NCBI GenBank assembly: GCA_002269645.1
Contig: NIVC01000662.1
Location: 124,001-188,000, forward strand
From: Macrostomum lignano
Taxonomy: Eukaryota
Length of the DNA stretch: 64,000 nucleotides
Direction of reading: 5' to 3'
The notes beneath the pieces are model-generated. The model saw nothing but the letters and a program-made list of their open reading frames with translations, did no database searches and had not been told where the DNA came from. The position numbers were made by a program, and so were the translations under genes. How positions within the stretch are numbered: the stretch's first letter is position 1; every line of letters begins with the position of its first letter. Of this stretch, positions 34,843-47,043 are shown piece after piece.

Positions 34843-35829
34843 TCAGTCAAGCCCGGCCGGAATTACTCGAACTCGGGCCGCGCCGCCAGCCCCGCAAGAC
34901 GACAGCCGGCGAGCTCCGCGAAGCGACGCCGGCGCCGACAGGGACGAAGCGGCGGCAGAGGCGGCGGCGCGACTCCCGGCTGAGCTTGAGCACAGCGGAC
35001 AGGCGGCCATCCCGGTGGCTTCGCAGGCGGTGCAGCGCAGTCGAAAATCGGCCGGCGAAGCAGCAGCAGCAGCAGCCGACGCCGTCGCCGCCGCCACCCG
35101 CTGACGCCGGGAGCCGCGGCAGGCCGGGCAGATCACGTGACGAAGGCCGCCGCAGCCGGCGCAGGCGGAAGGGCCGACGGCCGGCCGTCCGGCGGGTAGC
35201 CGGGGCTGCTCAGCCAGCAGTCGGGCCAGCTGGCCGGACTCATTGAGTCGCTCAACTTCGAGTCGGCCGCCGATCAAAGCGCCGTCGATAAACAGCAGCG
35301 GCGGCGGGCGCAGCGAGCAGGCAGCGTGCCAGGCCCGGTTGAACAGCAGGTTGCGCTCCTCGAACTGGACCCGGTGAGTGTGCAGGATACGGCGGACGGC
35401 CTGGCAGGCCTCGAATGTCGGCCGGATCACCGTCAGGCTGGTGATGTACAGCACAACGCCGCTGGCTGGCAAGTCGGCGCAGGCGCCGGCAGCGGAGACG
35501 GCAGAATCTTTGGCGGGGTCCGAGACGGCCGCGGCCTGACGCTCCAGCGCTTGAAGACTGTCGCGGACGCGGCGTCGATGGCCTCGCACGGTGCCTCGGC
35601 TGCTTAAGATGGCGTCGCCGGCCGTTTCGTCGACGCCAGCAGCGATGACGTCGCTATTAAACCTGATGACGTCACTATTGGAGCCGATGACGTCACTTGT
35701 GGAGCTGATGACGTCACCGTGGGAGACCTGTTGCTGCTGATGCTGTTGCGCTCGGTACTGGCGCAGCGACTGGCACCGAACAGGCGGGGGCGGCGGCGGC
35801 GGCGGAGGCGGCGGCAACGAAGGCTGCAT
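34843..35829 (-). CDS. GRXCR1: Glutaredoxin domain-containing cysteine-rich protein (GRXCR1/2-like)
   Basis: VVLYITSLTVIRPTFEAC..VRRIL..HRVQFEERN...LFIDG..IGG...LNESGQL, followed by four CxxC (CAGCGGLRHVICPACRGS; CTACEATGMAACPLC). First ATG is at 35829; the listed ORF starts at a TTG. Confidence 0.88.
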   Translation of the reverse strand: MQPSLPPPPPPPPPPPVRCQSLRQYRAQQHQQQQVSHGDVISSTSDVIGSNSDVIRFNSDVIAAGVDETAGDAILSSRGTVRGHRRRVRDSLQALERQAAAVSDPAKDSAVSAAGACADLPASGVVLYITSLTVIRPTFEACQAVRRILHTHRVQFEERNLLFNRAWHAACSLRPPPLLFIDGALIGGRLEVERLNESGQLARLLAEQPRLPAGRPAVGPSACAGCGGLRHVICPACRGSRRQRVAAATASAAAAAASPADFRLRCTACEATGMAACPLCSSSAGSRAAASAAASSLSAPASLRGARRLSSCGAGGAARVRVIPAGLD

Positions 35830-36014
35830 TATTGGAATAATTAGGTTTCTCTCCAAATTGGCAGATATAAATTAGGTAGAAGACTCCTTCCAATCGGTAC
35901 GGAATGACTGACAAGAAATGATAAGGCTGGAATCAGAAAATTTTATCAATAAAAAATTTCGTTAGCTTGCATCAGTAGTATGAAGTGCTTGTGGGTAATT
36001 TAGAGTTGAGATTT

Positions 36015-36225
36015 TCGCTGATTGCTAATCCTCCCATTGGGATCTGATTGCTAATCCTCCCATTGGGATCTGATTGCTAATCCTCATATTGGGATCTGAT
36101 TGCTAATCCTCATATTGGGATCTGATTGCTAATCCTCATATTGGGATCTGATTGCTAATCCTCACATTGTTGATTGGGATCTGATTGCTAATTCTCATAT
36201 TGGTGATTGGGATCTGATTGCTAAT
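36015..36225. repeat. 26-bp minisatellite (TGATTGCTAATCCTCATATTGGGATC)
   Basis: About 8 units. Confidence 0.9.
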
Positions 36226-36769
36226 GAAGAGTGAAGATGTTCAAATATCACAAATTCGCGTATAAAACATATGGTTTATACCAGAGAGGCACCAAAAAAT
36301 TACCATAAAAAGACTGTTTTTATTAACGCGGAATTATTGTAAGAAACATTGTAATTGTATTTGAATTTTGAAAAAATAAATCTATTAGTAAAAAATAATT
36401 GGAAACAATAATTGCTGGATATATTGCGATTATAAAGTTACTGCTTTGAAATTGAGGAAATCAAAGGCACATTGTACAATTTATCTGATAGCAATTATTA
36501 GGACATACCTAAGAGAAAAATTTTTAAAGTCGCAAATAATGTACTTTAATAAGAAAAATAACCGCCTGCCTGTACTTCAAGTAGCCAGTATCTAGCCTCG
36601 ATTGCAATATCATTATCGACAAAAGACAAACAGTTGATAACATTATACGCTCGCGACCCATGCAAATATTTTGGAAGAAACAACAAAACAAAAAATTATC
36701 AAAATTCAATACTTGAAAATATTGTAATTTGATTCATGACATTGCGAAGGCTGAAGGTAACCCACCAGG

Positions 36770-37555
36770 CAGCAATTGAGGATTTGGGAGGCTGGCCCAG
36801 CAAGTGAGGATCTGGGAGGCTGGTGGCCCAGCAACTGAGGATCTGGGAGGCTGGCCCAGCAACTGGGGATCTGGGAGGCTGGTGGTCTAGCAACTGAGGA
36901 CCTGGGAGGCTGGCCCAGCAATTGAGGATTTGGGAGGCTGGCCCAGCAAGTGAGGATCTGGGAGGCTGGTGGCCCAGCAACTGAGGACCTGGGAGGCTGG
37001 CCCAGCAAGTGAGGATTTGGGAGGCAGGCCCAGCAACTGGGGATCTGGGAGGCTGGTGGTCTAGCAACTGAGGACCTGGGAGGCTGGCCCAGCAATTGAG
37101 GATTTGGGAGGCTGGCCCAGCAAGTGAGGATCTGGGAGGCTGGTGGCCCAGCAACTGAGGACCTGGGAGGCTGGCCCAGCAAGTGAGGATTTGGGAGGCA
37201 GGCCCAGCAACTGGGGATCTGGGAGGCTGGTGGTCTAGCAACTGAGGACCTGGGAGGCTGGCCCAGCAAGTGAGGATTTGGGAGGCAGGCCCAGCAACTG
37301 AGGATCTGGAAGGCTGGTGGTCTAGCAACTGAGGCCTGGGAGGCTGGCCCAGCAAGTGAGGATTTGGGAGGCAGGCCCAGCAACTGAGGATCTGGGAGGC
37401 TGGTGGTCTAGCAACTGAGGACCTGGGAGGCAGGCCCAGCAACTGAGGATCTGGGAGGCTGGCCCAGCAACTGAGGATCTGGGAGGCTAGTGGCCCAGCA
37501 ACTGAGGATCTGGGAGGCTGTTGGCCCAGCAACTGAGGATCTGGGAGGCTGGCAG
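36770..37555. repeat. 27/30-bp minisatellite (GGGAGGCTGGCCCAGCAACTGAGGATCT) with higher-order variants
   Basis: About 28 units. Confidence 0.95.
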
Positions 37556-37752
37556 CCTATATCTAAACAATGAAGTATTTCCTAAAAATAGCTTCGTAAA
37601 AATCGTCACAAGCTATTTGTCTGAATTACCTGAACGCTGCAATGCTAGAAATTGGCAATTGAATTTAACAGTTTTTGCACCACTTTATTGATTAGAGACA
37701 GGCACGATTCTGTGAATCAATACTATAAACAGCCAGTCACGCTGAACAGTAA

Positions 37753-38024
37753 TCAAGTCGCGTACACTGGCGGAGGGCTCCTACGACCGGAGCTGGCGCC
37801 CAAAGCTGACAGCGGAGGAGGCGCCGAGGCCTGCGCCAGTAACGGCGTCCGCTCGTTAGCGAGGCCGGTGTAGCCGAAAGTGTCGGCGTCGCTGTTTCCG
37901 GCCGTCATCCGGCGCTGTGCCTGACGGCCTCGCGTGGCCGGATCGAGACAGCGCCGATTCCAGCAGTACTGCAGCAGACAGCAGAGCGGCAAAGCTGCCA
38001 GGCAGGCTAGCAGGAGAGCCCAGT
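37753..38024 (-). CDS. TM7SF3: TM7SF3 last coding exon
   Basis: Acceptor tattag|AC (phase 1). Reads DWALLLACLAALPLCCLLQYCW...ERTPLL; ERTPLL is also at the C-terminus of human TM7SF3. Confidence 0.85.
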
Positions 38025-38399
38025 CTAATAACAGAAACAGAGCAATCAGCTGTTTTTTAAACTACTTATGTCTAGTGAGTAGCAAGTGAAGAAAATAATT
38101 TCTGTTTCTGTCGGAGAAAAAGCTTTTTTAGTTTACATGACGCGTTACCGATGGAGAAAAAGCCAATTAAGCATAGAGTTGGTGTGCACCCACAAATACT
38201 CGCAAAAATGCGCTCATCTACTAATGCGCAAAATCTGGGTTCCTGGAAGCAGCGCAGATCTATTAAATTAGCATCTTCACCCTGTAATGATTCCAGACTG
38301 CCAGACTAGCTTGAAGATAGAAAGAGTGGCGCCCCAGCCCCCAGCCAGGCCGATAAACAGTTTGGCTGTCCTTTTGCCCGCTTGTGCCTGAATTTGACA

Positions 38400-38735
38400 T
38401 CCCTCCTTGCTGCTCTCTCATTGGCTGAGCTAGATTGGGCCTGCCCTAGTTTCTCCATGCTGCTCTCTCATTGGCTGAGCTAGATTGGGCCTTCCCTAGT
38501 CTGTCCATGCTGCTCTCTCATTGGCTGAGCTAGATTGGGCCTTCCCTAGTCTGTCCATGCTGCTCTCTCATTGGCTGAGCTAGATTAGGCCTGCTCTAGT
38601 CTCTCCTTGCTGCACTCTCATTGGCTGAGCTAGATTGGGCCTGCTTTAGGCTCTCCTTGCTGCACTCTCATTGGCTGAGCTAGATTGGGCCTGCTCTAGT
38701 CCCTCCTTGCTGCACTCTCATTGGCTGAGCTAGAT
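38400..38735. repeat. 50-bp intronic minisatellite, 7 copies, each with an inverted CCAAT box
   Basis: CTCTCATTGGCTGAGCTAGATTGGGC at 50-bp spacing, 38411-38711. Confidence 0.93.
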
Positions 38736-39295
38736 AAAGCCCTCTTAAAGCTGAGTTTCGTCCGTCTGCCGTTGAACTATCTCTTAACCGCTCTCTCATT
38801 AGGTATCAAATTTGTCTCAAGAACAGATTGGATATATGAATACTCCTGAGGCCACAAACCCCACAGGAAAGAAAAGAAGTTATTGCTGCCACATTAAATT
38901 TAAGTGACACTGCGCAGAAAAACTACTTAAAAAAAGTAGACGCTCTGCTTTTCGCAACCAAAATTTTGAATGAGATATATTTACTTTTCTAGTATGCTGT
39001 AGGCCCTAATAAAATTTAATAATGTCGAGCAAAAACAAACAAACAAACAGTTTCGGACAATATAATCCGTAAGGAGCCAGTACAGAAAATGTTTCAAAAT
39101 TTCGAAGTGTGACGTTTTGCCATTTACTTGCTTTTTTAGTTGTTAAAAATACAGTAAAAATGATACTACTAACAAACGGAAGTAGTTTAAACGCATATGT
39201 GCTGATTAACTACCTTATAAAATTACTAAACGTTTTCAATCCTGCGGTTTACAATTTTTGAACAGAGCGACAAATTTCAAGCCGAAATAACTCAC

Positions 39296-39467
39296 CGACA
39301 GTGTGACGCAACGACATGAACATATGCACCCGATTATAGTCCTTGTAGGCTGTACGCCGGAAAAGATCCAGAAAGATGTAGGGAAATGCGGAGCCTTCTA
39401 GTAGATTAGCGGCAATGCCAACTGCGAGAGTAAATATGCCGAGCAGTGACATGGCGAATATTGCGCC
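39296..39467 (-). CDS. TM7SF3: TM7SF3 exon
   Basis: attcag|GGC...GTC G|GTGAGT, 172 bp, phase 0 to 1. Reads GAIFAMSLLG...AFPYIFLDLFRRTAYKDYN. Confidence 0.88.
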
Positions 39468-39734
39468 CTGAATGGGATCAAACCAATTCAATATTCATCA
39501 CCTGAGCACTATAAAAATTCTAAAAAAACAAAATATACTGAATTTTTTGTTTTTTTCTCTATAAAATTCCTGTCTTGCACTTAATCTCTACTAACAGTAG
39601 CATGCTTGGTCATTATTGCAATTAGCTTAAAGTAAAAGATGCTGTAAGCTTTTAGGAACCCAAAAAACACTTTTAGTGCGCCTAAATATCGCTTTTCAAA
39701 AACCTCGGCATGATAAATAGAGAAACCCTAAACT

Positions 39735-41125
39735 TTACACAACCTTAAGCTTCACACACAGCCTAAACTTCACACAAACCCCAAGCTTCACACACAGCCT
39801 AAGCCTCATACAAACCTTAAGCTTCACACACACACCAAAGCTTCAAACAAACCCTACGAGCGTAAGCTTTACAGACCCTCAGCTTCACACAGACCCTCAG
39901 CTTCACACAGACCCTCAGCCTCACACAGAACCTCAGCTTCACACAGACCCTCAGCTTTACACAGACCCTCAGCTTCACACAGAGCCTCAGCTTCACACAG
40001 AACCTCAGCTTCACACAGACCCTCAGCTTCACACGACCCTCAGCTTTACAAAACCATACAAGCGTAAGCTTCACACAAACATAAACTTCAAAAACACTAA
40101 GCTTCACACAGACCCTAAGCTTCACACAGACCCTAAGCTTCACTTAGACCCTAAGCTTCACACAGACCCTCAGCTTCACACAGAACCTCAGCTTCACACA
40201 GACCCTCAGCTTCACACAACCTCAGCTTCACACAGAACCTCAGCTTCACACAGACCATAAGCTTCACACAGACCCTCAGCTTCACATAGACCCTCAGCTT
40301 CACACAACCTCAGCTTCACACAGACCCTCAGCTTTACAAAACCTTACGAGCGTAAGCTTCACACAAACCTTAACTTCAAAAACCCTAAGCTTCACACAAA
40401 CCCTAAGCTTCACACAGACTCTAAGCTTCACACAGACCCCCAGCTTCACACAGAACCTCAGCTTCACACAGACCCTCAGCTTCACACAGAACCTCAGCTT
40501 CACACAGACCATAAGCTTCACACAGACCCTAATCTTCACACAGACCCTCAGCTTCACATAGACCCTCAGCTTCACACAACCTCAGCTTCACACAGACCCT
40601 CAGCTTTACAAAACCTTACGAGCGTAAGCTTCACACAAACCTTAACTTCAAAAACCCTAAGCTTCACACAAACCCTAAGCTTCACACAGACTCTAAGCTT
40701 CACACAGACCCCCAGCTTCACACAGAACCTCAGCTTCACACAGAACCTCAGCTTCACACAGACCCTCAGCTTCACACAGACCCTCAGCTTCACACAGAAC
40801 CTCAGCTTCACACAGACCCTCAGCTTCACACAGACCCTCAGCTTCACACAGAACCTCAGCTTCACACAGACCCTCAGCTTCACACAGATCCTCAGCTTTA
40901 CAAAACCTTACGAGCGTAAGCTTTACACAAACCTTAACTTCAAAAACCCTAAGCTTCACACAAACCCTAAGCTTCACACAAACCCTAAACTTCACACAGA
41001 CCCTAAGCTTCACACAGACCCTAAGTTTCACACAAACCCTAAACTTCACACAAACCCTAAACTTCACACAGGCCCTAAACTTCACACAGACCCTAAGTTC
41101 ACACAGACTCTAAGCTTCACACAAA
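39735..41125. repeat. 18-bp intronic minisatellite (CCCTCAGCTTCACACAGA)n with higher-order blocks
   Basis: About 75 units; blocks containing TACGAGCGTAAG recur. Confidence 0.95.
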
Positions 41126-41200
41126 GCAGAAGCTCCACACAAACCAGAAGCTTCTTGTCACAGAGGCCCTTAATGGTAGAATGACTAAAAATGGACTCAC

Positions 41201-41547
41201 CGCATTAGAGAACAGCAGCAGCAACAGTAAGCACAGCATAGCAACAACGGCCACAGACAGAAACATGATGTACTCTTCTCTCATTAGCCACCACAGCTGA
41301 CCAAGCGGAGTGGCAAAGGCGGCGCAAGCCAGCAGGTAGCTGCATGGCAGGTGCACAAAGAGCAGACCAAGGACGGTAGACTTGCAGCGAAGCCAAAGTG
41401 CCCAGCCAATCAGGCCAAGTGCCAATCCGCCAACGCCCGCGCCTAGCAGGTAGGCTAACCAGGTGGATTCACTGCTGAGCGACAGGGCGCGCAGTGTGCC
41501 AGGCAGAGTGAACAGCGACCCAGCTGCGAACCCGGCTATGAGCACGC
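41201..41547 (-). CDS. TM7SF3: TM7SF3 exon (TM2-5)
   Basis: accacag|GC...GCG|GTGAGT, 347 bp, phase 1 to 0. FATPLGQL resembles human FFTPLGNL. Confidence 0.88.
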
Positions 41548-41614
41548 CTGTGGTTGAGGTTGTTTTTTGATGGAGTGCTTCATATTCTTTCACTTGGAGT
41601 CACATACCAATGCT

Positions 41615-42250
41615 GTATGAATCCCCACTTCCAGTCTACCAATACTGAATGAATCCCCACTTCCGGTCTGCCAATACTGAATGAATCCCCACTTCCGGTC
41701 TACCAATACTGTATGAATCCTAATTTCCGGTCTACTAATACTATATGAATCCTAATTTCCGGTCTACCAATACTATATGAATCCCCACTTTCAGTCTACC
41801 AATACTGAATGAATCCCAACTTCCGGTCTACCAATACTGTATGAATCTCAAATTCCGGTCTACCAATACTGTATGAATCCCCACTTCCGGTCTACCAATA
41901 CTATATGAGTCCCTACTTTCGGTCTACCAATACTGTATGAATCCCCACTTCCGGTCTACCAATACTATACGAGTCCCTACTTTCGGTCTACCAATACTGT
42001 ATGAATCCTAACTTCCGGTCTACTAATACTATATGAATCACAATTTCCGGTCTACCAATACTGAATGAATCCTAACTTCCGGTCTAACCAATACTGAATG
42101 AATCCTAACTTCCGGTCTACCAATACTGAATGAATCCCAACTTCTGGTCTACTAACACTGCATGAACCCCCACTTCCTGTCTTCCAATACTGTATTAATA
42201 CATCCTCTTCCGGTCTACCAATACTGTATTAATATACACCCTTCCGGTCT
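41615..42250. repeat. 32-bp intronic minisatellite (TTCCGGTCTACCAATACTGTATGAATCCCCAC)
   Basis: About 20 units. Confidence 0.93.
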
Positions 42251-42515
42251 AGCAGCATACCAACAACACTTCGGAGTTCACAAATAGGACGCATCATTAT
42301 TTATGAAAGCTTAAAGCACGCAACCGCACCCAATAAAACCCACGCATTATACCATTAAAAAGACTATACGAGTATATACTCGATAATGAAAGCAACGAAC
42401 AAGAAAAGCTTAGAGAAGCCACGCCCATTAGCATCATTCAATTAATACAGGGTAAAGCTATATGAAATCTGAATTTCCATGCATCAATACAAGCAATGTC
42501 AAGCCTTGTACTTAC

Positions 42516-42599
42516 TAAAAGCAAAAAAGCGAAATCCCATAGTGCAGAAGTACAGACCGAGCAGGGCCGCAGCGAAGGTGGCAACTCTCCATTCGATAG
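42516..42599 (-). CDS. TM7SF3: TM7SF3 exon (TM1); not in the supplied ORF track frame
   Basis: actttcag|CT...TTT A|GTAAGT, 84 bp, phase 1 to 1. AIEWRVATFAAALLGLYFCTMGFRFFAF resembles human LLGFFICFFGHRFW. Confidence 0.88.
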
Positions 42600-42886
42600 C
42601 TGAAAGTTATGATACTTGCGAGAGTCAGATGCGTTCATCGTTAAGCTGCTCTGCTGCCCTCCCAACGGGTTTGAACTGATAATCGAAAATTCTAGAAAAT
42701 CCCAAGTGCTTTCTTAGAATAGAAATCGATCGCTACTCCAAGAAGTCGATGAATTGGCAGGAGCTTATACAGTTACCGGGTAAACGGCTGAAGTAACTAT
42801 ACATTTAACTTATTAACTAAATGCCTCGTCGCCTAATTAGTGCTTGTAAACACGTTTTTTCACTAATAAAATCCCGACGATCTCAC

Positions 42887-43756
42887 CAGAAGCGGCCACA
42901 CACTCAGGCGGGAAGCCGTGGCTTTGACACGCGTCCAAAGTGACGGGAACGTAGGCGCTAAACTGACCCGTATCTGTGCGTTCTACAACCACAGTGTACA
43001 GAACTGGCATTCCTGGCCTGGCGCCAACATCGAATTTCGAACCTGTCGGCCGTTTACCATTGCCGCCGTCCATAGCCAGCTGTTGGCCATAGACAGTGGC
43101 CTGCTGAGCAGTTGCCATGCGCTTTAGGCCGGCTAGCCAGTCAGTCAGTTTGCCAGAATTCAAAGCCATAGCGTAGAGCCGGTAGCGCAGATTTCCCCGC
43201 TGTAGGCTGAGATTGCACGACTCCCTGCTGCGCTTGACCGTGTCAAATGAGCCGGCCAGCGCGTAGCCAAGCTGCCAGGCGATGCCGGACAGAATGGCCG
43301 GCTTCGAGACTAGGCCAGGCGGATTAGCCACTGGCGAGGTGAGATCGCATCCGCCTGGCAACGGCTCGTCCCAGGCTTTAGCAATGAATAGTATCCAGGC
43401 TGTGATGTTGCTAGGGGGGCCTGAGCTGGCATTGTCAGCCCGGATGTACCAATAGGCAATGCTGACGTTCAAAGAGATTAAGCCAGTCTGATGACCGGAG
43501 CTGGTGTACAGCGGGTGGAAATCTGGCCTGGTTGACAGGGAGATCCGACTGTCGCTGGGCTGGTCAGGCGGCAGGTGGGCCTGCAACTGCAGGAAGGCAG
43601 TGTCGCTGGGTGCGCCGCCAGATGGCGTTGCCAAGGCAACAACTCCAGGCGGCGAAGTGGCACTACTAATGCTGACTGGTTCCAGTTGGTTCCAGTGATA
43701 TTCGGCTGCCAATGCCTGCGGAACTGCATGGGCAATGAGAGTGCGGTGTTTGAAAT
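42887..43756 (-). CDS. TM7SF3: TM7SF3 large ectodomain exon (the first, signal-peptide exon was not located)
   Basis: attcag|AT...TCT G|GTGAGA, 870 bp. EPLPGGCDL, LRYRLY, VLYTVVV..SAYVPVTLDAC resemble human DPVPGGCNL, VIYNVIV, AAYIPAHTYAC. Confidence 0.9.
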
Positions 43757-43814
43757 CTGAATTTTGATGACAGAAAATAAAAAAACTGAAATTCATAAAT
43801 CCTAGTCAATTACC

Positions 43815-44027
43815 CAGGGGTCGATAAACTGTTTTACCTCAAGGGCCAGATAGAGAACCCAGTGCATGACTGTGCGCCGGAAGAGGGGAGAGAGGAGAAA
43901 AAGAGAAGAGAGCTGAAAAGATAAACAAACCTTGATTGAGCAGGCTGGATTGCTGAAGTTTCAGAGGACCCTGAGGGCTGGATAGAGGTTTTGCAGGCCA
44001 CATGTGGCCAGAGGTTGCTGATCCTTG
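43815..44027. mobile_element. Degenerate hAT-type MITE (sister of 51141-51344, opposite orientation)
   Basis: Ends CAGGGGTCGATAAAC...GGTTGCTGATCCTTG. Internal TTGAGCAGGCTGGATTGCTGAAGTTTCAGAGGACCCTGAGGGCTGGAT aligns with the 51-kb copy. No clear TSD. Confidence 0.7.
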
Positions 44028-47000
44028 CTTAAGCCATTGGCTTTAATTAGGTTTTTCCAATATTCTAGGTTGCACTTGTACATTTTATCCTAACTAGGTA
44101 AAATTGAAAAATCCATGTCTCATTTTGCCATTTAAATTTAAGCCCTAGCTGAAAAAATTGAAATTAAATTTTTAGAAAACAAAAGACCTAATTTAAAAAT
44201 CTTGAAATATTTAGCTTGCAGAGGCATAGCCAGGAATTTTTTATGGGAGGATGCAGGGATGAGTAGCTTGCTGCTACTCGTACTTGCTGGCCTAATGGGC
44301 AGTTCACAGGAAAATTAAGTGCTATAAATCAATTTCTTACACCTATTGACTAGGCCCACGGGGGGATATATCCCCATACCCCTTTGCTTACACCACTGTT
44401 AGCTTGACTATAGGCTTTTTATGCAGTGTATAAGATTCTTACAGCACAAAATAAACATATTTCAAACAAAACTAAAGCTAGGCCTATTGTGTATATTAAT
44501 TTCTTTTAGTTAGTATGAAAACTATGAATATTCTAGGAAGCTAAAACCCTATACTCATAATAGTAAAACTATGCATACTTAAACAAGAAAAAAAATGATA
44601 AAGGTCACTTTTATAGCTTCTACAACTAAGACTAAGTCTTAGTCTTAGTAGTAATCAATCAATAGCTCCTAGGCCTATTGGCTAGAAAATTGGCCATGGT
44701 CAAGAAAAAGTAGTAATCAATCAGAAAATTATCTAGACTATATGAAAAAAAATAAGATTTCCTACATTAGCTAAGTGAGTTTTTATATATCATGCAAAAA
44801 CTTATGGACAAAATATTAAATTTAGGGTTATGGTTAGGGTTAGGGTTGGGGTTAGAAGTTTGACAGGATATTTTTAAAGATTTCAAGGCTCCATGTAGCT
44901 TATTAAAAAAGGTATATTGCATTTCTTTGCCTCCCCAACTGGGGGCCTAGATTGCTAGTATTTTTCTAGTTATATTATAATAATAATAGGGTATCTAATT
45001 GACTTTAATATTTATTCTTAGAAATATAAATATAAATGTATCTATGCTTCATTAACATGGAAATAGCCTATACCTTTAGCCTTAGTCAATATTAAGGAAA
45101 AATCATTATAATTATTAGGAAACTTCAGGAAACTTTATTATAATATAATTACTTTATTTAAGGAAACTTTATTAAAACTATTAATATAATATTGAGGTTG
45201 ATAATATTAATAATTTATTATTACATTCAAAAGTTTTATACTTTAGGTTATTAAGGACCTAAATAGTATTACTAGCATTCCTTTACTTTAAGATCACCAT
45301 CCATATTGCCAGTTTTGGTTTACAATCACCTTATATTTTGCTCATTCTAGCGCTAAAATGGCTGACAAAAAATACACAAAATTGAAAGTGCTAGAAAGTT
45401 GCACTCAATGGATGCATTGACAGGTGTTGTTGATCTCATCTCGCCTGCTGCATGGCGTTTTGTAGATAGGGAGAATTGGGTCTCTCTATTGCATAGTATT
45501 ACCTATAATAATAGTAGGGCCTAGCCTATGAATGTCCCATGGCCATTGGCATGAATATGATCTAAATATATTAATTATACAAAAATGTTAACTATATAGG
45601 AAGGCAACGAGCATATATAAACACTGCTATATTCTTATACTCATTAAACTGCTTTTAGGGAGGATAAATCGTCTACTTACCTACTAGGCTGAAGCTGAAA
45701 CATAGTGGCATCAGGAGTAGAAGCACACCTGGCCTTAGACTCACTGATGATGATGCATACAATTCAAGCATCTGTGATTAGAAACTTATAAAATTCAACA
45801 AACTGAATCTTGAGAAGTTAGACACAGTAATAATTTTACAATAAAAGAGAAAGACAAATGACTTGCTAAGTTTTAATTGCCATCGCCCTCTGTTAATAAA
45901 ATTCCCAAACGATTTCTTAGAAAATCGGTCAATTAGTTCATAGAAGTTGGTAAGTTTGAAAGTTCGTTCTTGTGCATAATAAAACAAGACCCAAAGTCTC
46001 AAGTTTATTTTAAATTTCATTTGATGCAATTAATTCAAAGTTTTCAAACGTTTTTAGTATTTTCTGATAGTCAAAATATCAATCAAATATTATTTGGATT
46101 TACGATTACTAAACACTCCTACACTGTGTCGGAACTTTGCGGAACTAGTAAACAACTGGACCACTAGGCGTAGTAGTGGCAGATAAAGGATACACCCGGG
46201 GGTCAGCCGGTACCGTGACCCCTCTGGATCTACCAGTGGATTTCAAGCTCCAAACTTAAGAGACTTTAACGCAAAAATATAACTATACAAAAGGGCAAAC
46301 GAAAAAAATAGATACATGCAGCAACTTTCATGCCACTTACTAATTCGTCAAGACGTATATTTAAGTCAATATAAAATTGACAGTACGTGTTCTTTCACAG
46401 TTACTCGTAATTTATCCGTCTCTCATGATTGTACGCTTGTATGTCATACGAGAGTAAATTTTAATTATAATTTTTATATAGAACTGCTTGCTTCAGCTTC
46501 GACTCGAAATCAATAATTACACATACTGAGAAATTATACGATGTGCATGTACTCTTAAGGTTTCACAAGAATTACATGCATTAAATTGTCGTTCGCATCA
46601 TGCATCATGCATCGCATCATGCTCGCATTTACGTTTAATAAGGCTTGGGGATTTCATTTTATATTTTAGGGAAATCTATATATGCATCATAATTCTAAAC
46701 ATTTATGTAATTCCATTTTCAGAAACCAGAGTCTATACAACTTCTCGTAATAACTAAATGTCCTTAGTTATAAATGAATTAGTGAGAGAAGCGTATATGT
46801 GAGCTAGCATTTCTTCTATTTCCAACCAATAGGAAATTTTCTTTCGTGGGAAGATGCATTTTCTGAGTTAAGTCACAGACCCCAGCGGATGGCTTAAAAG
46901 CCGCTCAAATACGAGTACAAACAACGACAGAGACGCTCATTCCCATAATCGAAATCGCCTCCGATTATAACAAGAAGACCCACTTACTTTGACTGTTTAT

Positions 47001-47043
47001 TACCAAATACTGTAACACCGATTTAGCAGGTGCATGCGACACG

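Noticed and set aside
36699-37532. Pro/Gln-rich ORFs of 225-277 aa
   Set aside because: Minisatellite read-through with TTG/GTG starts.
39486-39500. In-frame TGA upstream of the 39249-39491 ORF as possible selenocysteine or read-through
   Set aside because: The true acceptor (attcag|GGC at 39467) lies downstream, so the TGA is intronic.
39817-41085. (CVKLRV)n and (LCEAEG)n Cys-repeat ORFs
   Set aside because: An 18-bp array within a TM7SF3 intron that is bridged by phase-consistent splice sites.
41548-41593. ORF-track N-terminus MKEYEALHQKTTSTT of the 41117-41593 ORF
   Set aside because: The acceptor accacag|GC at 41547 gives correct phase and spacing versus human TM7SF3, so this part is intronic.
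43830-44000. Signal-peptide-like reading (LFIFSALFSFSPL...) as TM7SF3 exon 1
   Set aside because: It lies inside a hAT MITE whose CT-rich interior is shared with the 51141 copy, and the donor is weak.
44822-44855. Five degenerate TTAGGG units
   Set aside because: Too short and degenerate to call an interstitial telomere or healing site.
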